From the NCBI GenBank assembly GCA_012295275.1, contig CM022678.1, forward strand, positions 5,022,001 through 5,086,000: 64,000 nt of DNA, given 5' to 3'. Source of the DNA: Chrysomallon squamiferum. Lineage: Eukaryota > Animalia > Mollusca. Numbering within the stretch: the stretch's first letter is position 1; the number at the start of each line of letters is the position of its first letter. A program made the translations under genes and the position numbers. Positions 53,674 to 64,000 of this stretch are shown in pieces. Below the pieces are notes generated by a model, which made no database searches, was not told the origin of the DNA, and saw only the letters and a program-made list of their open reading frames with translations.

Positions 53674-54672
53674 ATGGCAACTAACAAGATTCAGTTCTTG
53701 TCCGCAGCCGCAAAACTATGCCTGGTTGTTATGGCAACGCTGCTCGTACAAAAAATCTTATTTCGTAAAACAAACATTATTATGAAAATTTTGCCAAGCG
53801 AAACAAAAGGTCCCGAAAGACTGAATCTACCTGTCACATTTCCACCAGGACAAACTCCGGTCTACAGATGGGACGGACTGGGCTGGAAAATGGAAATAAA
53901 CTTTTGTAAATGGGCAGATTTTTCTCATTGTGCCATGTTGAAAACTAACGCTGGAGAAACTCCAATATTTGTTCACAGCCCACAGAAAGACAACTGGCTA
54001 TCGAAAAGGCTGCTTAACAAACAGCCGTGGGAACCCGAACATATAAATCTTGTACTGGATGAAATGAAAGCAGATCCCAGTATAGGATTTCTTGATATCG
54101 GCTCTCACATTGGACTTTTCACTCTCCACGTGGCGAAGTCTGGTAGGAAGGTAGTTGCCATGGAAGTTTTGCCTGACAATCTTCAACGACTCTGTAAGTC
54201 TGTTGAACGCGGCGGTTTAACCAACAACGTCAAACTTATTCTCAATCCTATTTCAGACGGACACGGAATTCTTTCATTCACAAATCCACACTCCAGTGCC
54301 TTTCTTAATCGTAAGGCTACACCGAATACGACTACGTCGTCGTCGTTGTGCAAGCAATCTATGTCGTTTCAGACGGCAACGTTAGACGACGTGCTCAACT
54401 TCATCACATTCAAGAAAGCTTTCATAAAAATGGACGTTGAAGGTTTTGAGCTTCAAGTAGTCAGAGGAGGAAAGAAATTCTTCTCCGAAATCGACGTGCG
54501 AGGGATTCTGATGGAATGGGTTCTACACAGGAACAAAGAAGGTGAAAAGATTATCGAAGATATGATGAAAATGAACTATGTTCCTTTTGATTCTCTGTCA
54601 CCCCAAAAACAGCTGAAACCGGAAGATATAATGAATTGGCCGCATGACGTACTTTGGAGGAAAACAGCCTGA
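53674..54672 (+). CDS. FkbM/Methyltransf_21-family SAM-dependent methyltransferase with N-terminal signal/anchor (332 aa, intact copy 4)
   Basis: The motifs WEPE, FLDIGSHIGLFTL, VVAMEV, TLDD, FIKMDVEGFE and ILME are typical of the FkbM family. The N-terminus contains the hydrophobic FLSAAAKLCLVVMATLLV, and the ATG context is aaaaATGG. Confidence 0.92.
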   Translation: MATNKIQFLSAAAKLCLVVMATLLVQKILFRKTNIIMKILPSETKGPERLNLPVTFPPGQTPVYRWDGLGWKMEINFCKWADFSHCAMLKTNAGETPIFVHSPQKDNWLSKRLLNKQPWEPEHINLVLDEMKADPSIGFLDIGSHIGLFTLHVAKSGRKVVAMEVLPDNLQRLCKSVERGGLTNNVKLILNPISDGHGILSFTNPHSSAFLNRKATPNTTTSSSLCKQSMSFQTATLDDVLNFITFKKAFIKMDVEGFELQVVRGGKKFFSEIDVRGILMEWVLHRNKEGEKIIEDMMKMNYVPFDSLSPQKQLKPEDIMNWPHDVLWRKTA

Positions 54673-57600
54673 ACAGAATGATTCTATTCAATTAGAAAAA
54701 TCATTAAATGTTTTCATATTCAATAAATACAGACACTGCCCGAACTAAGAAGAGTCTCCGTAGCATTCCTACTTTCTTATTTATTTATTTTATTTTATTA
54801 TTTATTTTTTTAAATACATTTAATCATTTATAATCATTAACACGATAATCATTTATCCTATATCAGATATGATGCGAGGTAAAGTTTAACAAAAGTTTTA
54901 TTCTTATGTTTGTTTACAATTACTTGCAGCCTGCTTTATCGAGTCTCTAGCTTCTGGTTACGTAGGTTTGTAAATTATAATTATGTTCTGTCAATCAGTA
55001 TGCCCGTCTCAGTTTATTTAACTTGTATACAGGTTTATAAAAACTGTTTATGGTTTGACACTAAGCACAGTGCTTTAAAACTTGTATACGAATGAAATTA
55101 ACTGGGAAGGACATGATAACATGTCTCTCCACAATTACATGTACAGTAAATAGTACAATTCATAAACCAACGTAATTAGACGTTTCGACACTTCGAGGAA
55201 GCAACAAACATGAGAATTAAAACTTTTGATCAATAATTTAATCATGTGCACAAAGTATTTAGTTAAAGGTCCTGTTTTATTAGAAACAAAATATCGAGGT
55301 TTACCTGTGGATGCTTAATTTTTTTTTTATTTGTCACAATCGCTTGGCTCTGTCGTATTGTCTAATTTCACATTTACAAAACCTCAGTTCATCCTAATGT
55401 GTCTGGAGAAAGAATTCTAGCGTGAAAACTATGTGCATGTTTATGTAACCATCTTTTTTGTCGTTTGTGTTTAATGAATATATCAACATATATCAATATA
55501 ATCATCGGACTTGAGTATATTTTAGCCTTCACTGTAGAGTAGATTCATTTACTAAATTTATTTTGTTGGTTAGACACAATAAAAATTTGACAAAATTCTC
55601 AAAGTGCTGTATTATAAAAGGATATTCTTATTAGTTTATTACTACTACTATTACTGGTAGTACCATTACTACTAATAAATACTAACATTACATAGACAAC
55701 TCAAACTGATTAAATGAATGTCAAAAACGTATCAAAACACATATGTAAATAATATGAAACCAATGTGAGAAAGTAAATTGTTAGTTTTATTTGTTTGTTT
55801 GTTATGTTGTTGTTCCCTTTATTTATTTATATATTTATTTATTTATTTATTTATAGTATAGTGGGTCTGCTTGTGTCTGAACGGAGAATGAAAAAACTAA
55901 TAAAATATGGAGTTAATTTTCTTGTCTATATTTTTGTTTCTTTCTTTTGTTTGTTCATTAATAAACTAGTTCTTATGTTTCTTACTTTCTTCCTTTTTTT
56001 CTCTCGGTCTCACTCGATATCCCCGCAATACCATGATTTTGAAAGACAAAAAAAAAAAAAATATATAATTTACGAGCGAAAGGTCACGTTCTCTGTGTCA
56101 CTAAATGTCAAGCTGACCTCGAGTTTGATATGTTATAATCAGCAGTCATATTATAATAGTGATAAATATAGTACATTCAAGTAACACTAGAAACATAATC
56201 ATACCATAAAGTGTGATGCACTCGAATTACACTTAATAAAAAGCAGACCTGCTTCGGTTGAGAAAACACTGCTTAAAAATCTCCTCACAAGATCGCAATC
56301 AGATCTATGAAACCCACAACAATACAAATGTCAGAAGCTTCGTAAATTACTGCGAGAGAAAGGAATAAATTACAAGTAAGACATTTCATAACCAGTTACC
56401 CATTTATACGGTGATGTCACCGAGTTCCGTCAGTTTTAATAAAAACGAAAAGACAACAGAGAAACAGCGAGTACGCACCGACGAATGTTTGGAATTTGTT
56501 TGTTTGTCTTGTTTTAGATTTTACCGCTTTAATTATCTATATTTGATTAGATTATGTTAATATTTGTTTTCCTTAATTAATCTATGCAGCGGGGGTAACT
56601 AACATTTTTGGGGTCCCGGAATTTTCGCAAAGCAGCAAACAGCAACAAGAAGAAGATCTGATTAATCTCTGTCATCTTCTTCAGTCGGCTTGTTTGATGA
56701 AGGATTACCGTAAATCTTTTAATAAAATGTATCCACGACATCTCAGCTGTGTGTTAAAATTTTAAATCAGCATCGATTAAGTCGCTTCTCGGGTCCTTTA
56801 CTGGTTTAGCGTCTTCCTTAGTTTCACAAGAGTTTCCTGTTAGCAACAACACAGACGAAAAAAACAACAAATAAATGATTTAGTAATTTAGGCAGATGAT
56901 GTCGAAAAGCATTTAATATAGGATATTTTCCCCAATATAGTATTGTTGGAGATACGATTTCCCATTGTATAGCTGTTAGAGTCTTTATTTAGCAGAAATA
57001 TTAAGAAAGATGAAGAAGGAGAAGAAAAACAGAAGCAAAATGCAAATAAAAAAAAATATATATCAAAAAGAGAAAAAGGAAAAAGATGATGCAAAAGAAG
57101 AAGAAAACAATCAAAAAGGAAGATGAATAATAAAAAAAGAAAATAAGACAAATGGAAAGAAAAGAGAAAGAAAATGAAGAAAAACAAAACAAAAATATAA
57201 TCAAACATTAACACTGCCCTAACATAGTTTATATATATAAATCTTTTATAATAATAAAGTATGGGAATAGAACTATAAATCCTGGTAGTACTTAATGTCT
57301 GTAATGAAGTTAATTAACATCAACAACTACCGTAATAAGAGCAATAATATTAATAATAACAACAGAAAAAGAAGAAGAAAGAGATTTAGGCTGAAGAAAG
57401 AAGTAACAGAATAAACAAATATTCAATAACCTGACCAATTTTATTAAGATTCTCACTTATTGTTCTAATATTAATACGATAGGATAAACAGCAAACCTCT
57501 CATCGAATAGCAGCAAGAAAATTTGTATATGTAAACCTTCCCGCTGACAGTAAACAATCAAAAGCATAATTCATCTGCCACATTTGTTTCTTCTTTAAAA

Positions 57601-58741
57601 ATATGTATTTCCAACAGAAGACGATAATATCACAATCTCCAATAAAGTGACTTAATGCGTTTCGCAAAACCGGTGACCTCAGATCCAAGAACAATGTACC
57701 AAAACATCCGACACCCATTTGACTATGCTCAACAGAGAAAGTGGGACAGGGCCAAACAGATATTCACATAAAGTTATGGACAAATCAAAAAAAAAAAAAA
57801 AAAAAAAAGAAAATAAAGAAATAAAGTGAGATTCCGTCGGTCGATATATTATGTTCATGCAGTGGAACGTAAACACGGGTTTGCCGCCTTGAGCTCAGTT
57901 TTAAATGTTAAGATAACTTCGACATAAGGGGTCGGATGTCAGTGGGGAATCAAAAGTACAGGAGAAAAAATTAAACAGGTAACTTAACTGAATAATTAAT
58001 TAATCGTTTGTTTGTTTCGTTGCTTGGCTGGTTGGTTACGTTTATTTATTTATTTATTTATTTATATATTTAATTTAATTTACTTATTTATTTGTTTGTT
58101 TATTTATTTAATATAGACTAATTTATTCTAAGTACGTGTATGAACTATGTCGGGTTCAGAGTGCATATAGGTAACAGGAACATAAGAAAGAAAACAGGTT
58201 TAAACATTTTAAAGATGGCGGTCTGATCTTTATTATTATTATTACTTCTTTTTTTTTCACTTTGATATCTCACATATTAGCAAATTAGCAAAATAAAGGC
58301 ATGGAATTAAATTTCTACTAGCGAAGTACATTTCAAAATGACACAACTCCATCAAAAATTCCAAAACTTTTCTTGATTGTACTAAATTGTTTTTGAAAGT
58401 AAATATTGGTAATTACACAGATGTGTGTGAATAATTTTAAACATAACAAAACAATCATATTTGCATTTTTCTAGACAATTAAATTAATTTCCTGATATAT
58501 CGAAAGAAAAAATCAGACCGCCATCTTTAAAATGTCATAATCCACACCAACATCTATTACTCTTTACAACATCTTCGTTAACATCAGCCATTGTTAATAA
58601 CAATTATTGTTGATGCAGTTGTTGTTGCTTTTATTCTTACTGTTGTTGATGTTGTTATGATGATGATGATGATTATTATCATCAATATTATTATCATCAT
58701 CATTATTATTACCATCATCATCATCATTATTATTATTATTA

Positions 58742-58845
<104 letters not shown>

Positions 58846-58859
58846 GCAGACGCTGAAAA

Positions 58860-59855
58860 ATGGCAACTAACAAGATTCAGTTCTTGTCCGCAGCCAAAAA
58901 CTATGCCTGGTTGTTATGGCAACGCTGCTCGTAAAAAATCTTATTTCGTAAAACAAACATTATTATGAAAATTTTGCCAAGCGAAACAAAAGGTCCCGAA
59001 AGACTGAATCTACCTGTCACATTTCCACCAGGACAAACTCCGGTCTACAGATGGGACGGACTGGGCTGGAAAATGGAAATAAACTTTTGTAAATGGGCAG
59101 ATTTTTCTCATTGTGCCATGTTGAAAACTAACGCTGGAGAAACTCCAATATTTGTTCACAGCCCACAGAAAGACAACTGGCTATCGAAAAGGCTGCTTAA
59201 CAAACAGCCGTGGGAACCCGAACATATAAATCTTGTACTGGATGAAATGAAAGCAGATCCCAGTATGGGATTTCTTGATATTGGCTCTCACATTGGACTT
59301 TTCACTCTCCATGTGGCGAAGTCTGGTAGGAAGGTAGTTGCAATGGAAGTTTTGCCTGACAACCTTCAACGACTCTGCAAGTCTGTTGAACGTGGCGGTT
59401 TAACCAACAACGTCAAACTTATTCTCAATCCTATTTCAGACGGACACGGAATTCTTTCATTCACAAATCCACACTCCAGTGCCTTTCTTAATCGTAAGGC
59501 TACACCGAATACGACTACGTCGTCGTCGTTGTGCAAGCAATCTATGTCGTTTCAGACGGCAACGTTAGACGACGTGCTCAACTTCATCACATTCAAGAAA
59601 GCTTTCATAAAAATGGACGTTGAAGGTTTTGAGCTTCAAGTAGTCAGAGGAGGAAAGAAATTCTTCTCCGAAATCGACGTGCGAGGGATTCTGATGGAAT
59701 GGTTTATGCACAAGAACAAAGAAGGTAAAAAGTTTATCGAAGATATGATGAAAATGAACTATGTTCCTTTTGATTCTCTGTCACCTAACAAAAAGTTGAA
59801 ACCCGAAGATATAATGAAATGGCCGCATGACGTACTTTGGAGGAAAACAGCCTGA
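58860..59855 (+). pseudogene. FkbM-family methyltransferase copy 5: N-terminal indels give an early TAA, while the catalytic ORF from ATG 58965 (296 aa) is intact with a divergent C-terminus
   Basis: Translation from 58860 stops at ...TGC TCG TAA. The ORF 58965-59855 has EWFMHKNKEGKKFIED...PNKKLKPEDIMKW. Confidence 0.7.
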
Positions 59856-60131
59856 ACATAATGATTCTATTCAGTTAGAAAAATCATTATATGTTTTCAT
59901 ATTGTGAAAGGATATTCTTATTAGTTTACTACTAGTGTTACTACCATTATACAGGTATGGCTACTACTACTATTACTGTTAATACCATTACTACTAATAT
60001 AATCAGATTACATAGGCAACTGAAACTGATTAAATAAGTGTCAAAAACGAATCAAAATACATTTGTATGAAACCATAGTGAGAAAGTAAATTGTTAATTT
60101 TGTTTGTTTGTTTATTATGTTGTTGTTCGCT

Positions 60132-60170
<39 letters not shown>

Positions 60171-60431
60171 TGTATTTATTTATTTATTTATTTCTCTTTT
60201 TCTTTCTTAATAATCTATTGTGTCTGTTTGTATCTCAGCGGAGAATAAAATACTAATAAATTGTGGATGTTAACTTTCTTGTTTATTTGTTGTTTCTTTC
60301 TTTTGTTTGTTCATTAATGAACTAGTTCTTATGTTTCCTACTTTTTTCATTTTTTCTTTCTTTCTCAATCAATGTCCCAGCACGACCATGATTTTGAAAG
60401 ACAAAAAACTAATTTAGGAACTAAACGTCAT

Positions 60432-60528
<97 letters not shown>

Positions 60529-60532
60529 ATAC

Positions 60533-60563
<31 letters not shown>

Positions 60564-60570
60564 TACACAG
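60432..60570. repeat. Compound microsatellite (CT)n-(TA)n-(CA)n at the end of the direct array
   Basis: Directly visible. It is one of many AAT/ATT, ATAA, CA, TAGA and poly-A microsatellites across the window. Confidence 0.95.
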
Positions 60571-61240
60571 AAGAGAGAGAGCAGTCACACAAGTCTATAA
60601 TCTATCTGCCTGTGCCAGATATATAAATCCTATATTTGTTATTTAAAGAAACTGTCAGATATGTCCGTGCAATTTAAATACACTGTCAGTTATGAAATCA
60701 GATGTGTTATTCCAAAATATTGTCAGATGTGAAATCGTATGTTTAATTTTTAGAAAAATATCATATGTATACATCTGCTACTTCTGCTAGTCCTGATACT
60801 ACTACCACAACTATTGATAATGATTAAGATGATTATTAAAATGTTGATGACTGTTATAATGACCATAACAATAAGAATGATGATGACGATAATAATAATA
60901 ATAATAATGGCTATATCATAGTTTTGGAAATAGTAGAATAGAAATGGCAAAACAGTAGTTATAGTTCTAGTAGTAGTAGTGGAAGAAAACAGATACAAAT
61001 TACGTAAAATATGAATACGAATATGAAATTTTTATTTAGCATGCTGTGGAAAATAACATTAAGAATAATCTAAGATTCAGTTTATAATATTAAAAAAACT
61101 AAAAGAATAAAGAAATCCTAATCCAAATATAAATTACAAACCCTCTCCTAACTACACCAGTGAGGGCTCTGCACAAAGTTTATTATGGAGCACAACATAA
61201 TTAGAAACATACTTTTAATTAAACACGATCCCTGTATCCT

Positions 61241-61663
61241 TAGTTTTTCTCCAAAGTACGTCATGCGGCCATTTCATTACATCTTCAGCTTTTTTTTAGG
61301 TGACAGAGAATCAAAAGGAACATAGTTAATTTTCGTCATATCTTCCATAATCTTTTCACCTTCTTTGTTCCTGTGTAGAACCCATTCCATCAGAATCCCT
61401 CGCACGTCGATTTCGGAGAAGAATTTCTTTCCTCCCTCTGACCACTTGATGCTCAAAACCTTCAACGTCTATTTTTATGAAAGCTTTCTTGAACGTGACA
61501 AAAGTGAGCACGTCGTCTAACGTTGCCGTATGAAACAACTTCGCAAAATCGTCTTAATACAGTTCGTTTTATGAAATAACATATTTTCAATGAGCAGCGT
61601 TGCCATAACAACCAGGCATAGTCTTGCGACTGCGGAAAAGAACTGACTCCTATTATTTGCTAT
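61241..61663 (-). pseudogene. Inverted FkbM-family pseudogene (copy 6): start lost (ATG>ATA), large internal deletion, frameshift
   Basis: IANNRSQFFSAVARLCLVVMATLLIENMLFHKTN...ILRS is fused to FHTATLDDVLTFVTFKKAFIKIDVEGFEHQ...WPHDVLWRKT. Upstream unit sequence continues inverted to ~63300 and again at ~63930-64000. Confidence 0.9.
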
Positions 61664-61677
61664 TTTTCTGCGACTGC

Positions 61678-61733
<56 letters not shown>

Positions 61734-63552
61734 TGAGATGATGATGATGATAATAATAACAATAACAATAATAATAATAATAATGATGATAATGATAATA
61801 ATAATAACAATAACAATAATAATAATAATAATAATAACAATAATAATAATAATAATAATAATAATAACGATGATGATGATGATGATAATAATAATAACAA
61901 TAATAATCATCATCATAACAACATCAACAACAATAAGAATAAAAGCAACAACAACTGCATCAACACTAACTGTTATTAACAATGGTTGATGTTAACGAAG
62001 ATGTTGTAAAGAGTAATAGATGTTGGTGTGGATTATGACATTTTAAAGATGGCTGTCTGATTTTTTTCTTTCGATATATCAGGAAATTAATTTAATTGTC
62101 TAGAAAAATGCAAATGTGATTGTTTTGTTATGTTTAAAATTATTCACACACATCTGTGTAATTACCAATATAAACTTCAAAAACAATTTAGTACAATCAA
62201 GAAATGTGTAGGAATTTTTGATGGAGTAATGTCATTTTGAAATATACTTCGCTAGTAGAAATTTAATTCCATGCATTTGATTTGCTAATTTGCTAATATG
62301 TGAGATATCGGTGGGGATAAAAAAAAAAAAAAAAAAAAAATTTAGAACGCTATCTTTAAAATGTTTAAACCTGTTTTCTTTCTTTTGTTCCTGTTACCTA
62401 TATGCACTCTGAACCCGACGTAGTTCATACACGTACTTAGAATAAGTTAGTTTATATCAAACAAATAAACAAACAAATAACACACTGTCCTGCGACCCTT
62501 TATGTCGAAATTACCTTAACATTTAAACCTTAGCTAAATAAGATTTTACAGTCCACTGCATGATCGAATCTCTCTTTATTTATTTTTCAATGGGTTTTTT
62601 GTGCGTAACTTTATGTGAATATCTTTTTCCCTGCACCACTTTCTCTATTGAACATAATGAAAAGGTTATGGGTGTCGGATGTGTTGGTACATTGTTGTTG
62701 TATTTGAGGTGACCGATTTTGTGTAACGGATTAAGCTACGGTATTGGAGATTGTGATATTATCGTCTTTTGTTGCAAATATAAATATTAAAGAAGAAACA
62801 AATGTGGCAGATGAATATGCTTTTGAGGTTTACTGTCACCGGGAAGGTTTACATACACAAATTTTCTTGCTGCTATTCGATGAGAGGGTTGGTGTTTACC
62901 CTCTCGTGTTAATATTAGAACAATAAGTGAGAATCTTAATAAAATTAATCAGGTTATTGAATCTATGTTTATTCTGTTACTTCTTTCTTACCCCAAAATC
63001 TCTTTCTTCTTCTATTTCTGTTATTATTAATAATAATATTACTCTTATTATTGCTGTTGTTGTTGTTTATCAACTTTATTGCTATTATTAAATTATAGAC
63101 ACTAAGTACTGTGAGTATTTATAGTTATATTCCCATACTTTATTACTATGAAAGATTGATTTATGTAAACTATGCTAGGACGGTGATAAAGTTTGATTGT
63201 GTTTTCGTTTTCTCTTTCTTCATTTTCTTTCTATTTTCTTTCCATTTGTGCTTATTTCATCTTCTTTAATTCTTTAATTCTTCTATTTTACTTCATTCAC
63301 CATTTTTCTCTCCAGTTTTATTTCTTTTTTCTTCTTCTTTTCTCTCTATCCTCCTTATTATTCGTCCTGACGCTTTACTTCATCTTACTTAAATTTTCAC
63401 AATGTGATCATGTTCATTAAACTGATTTCGATTACTGCTGTTATGTTGTTGTTGTTATTGTTAATATAGCTACTGCTATGTTATTGTTATTATTATTATT
63501 ATTATTGTTATTATTATTATTATTATTATTGTTACTATTATTATTATTATTA

Positions 63553-63584
<32 letters not shown>

Positions 63585-64000
63585 GTTATTCTTATTATTG
63601 TTGTGACTATAACTATTACTATTATTATTATAATTATTATTATTATTATTATTACTATTATTATTATATTAACAGTATTTCTTTTCTCACTGTTTTCTCA
63701 TCAAAGAAGAAAACAATAACTGTGGGATTGTTGGTAAGAGTCATTCTTTTGGATTTAGTCATATACTAAATAACTCAGACATTTTCTCTGGAATAAAAGT
63801 CTTATATATGTACTTTACAGACGTAACTTTGTTAGTATGTTTCTTGTGTACCTTGAACGTACTAAATTTACCACTATGATATTATTACTGGTGTTGCCGT
63901 TGTTGTTGCACTCAACTCCAGCGGTTCAAACTCGAGGTTAGCTTGACATTTAGTGACAGAGAGAGCATGACGTTTCGTTCGCGAATTAAGTTTTTGTCTT

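Noticed and set aside
53674-54672. Bacterial contamination or recent horizontal transfer suggested by the uninterrupted FkbM-like ORF
   Set aside because: The ORF is embedded in microsatellite-rich eukaryotic DNA with a splice acceptor before the ATG, a downstream AATAAA and an N-terminal anchor. FkbM-like genes are known in invertebrates, and an ancient origin cannot be judged without a phylogeny.

Overview
This window is AT-rich, microsatellite-dense eukaryotic DNA with spliceosomal GT-AG introns. It looks like an invertebrate, probably a mollusc; that assignment is an inference from composition and gene content. A 200-N scaffold gap at 35045-35244 separates two expanded gene clusters. Left (1-35 kb) is a birth-and-death cluster of an uncharacterised secreted protein family. 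Each gene has a short non-coding exon, a signal-peptide exon and one large exon encoding four tandem ~120-aa domains (W..V...D..G...GS...L..AV..G..V ... WFV). Domain 4 carries a hypervariable insert after a KKR/RKR basic site, ranging from 37 x KPDEG(N/T)G through 6 repeats to a short Trp/His/Arg/Gly-rich peptide. There are two intact genes, one with two 1-bp indels, one 5'-truncated copy and several relics. Right (35-64 kb) is a head-to-tail array of ~5.14-kb units, each with a FkbM/Methyltransf_21-type SAM-dependent methyltransferase that has an uninterrupted coding region and an N-terminal hydrophobic anchor. It has five direct copies (only one fully intact as assembled) plus an inverted, internally deleted pseudogene. 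Most other ORFs in the track are microsatellite or antisense artefacts.
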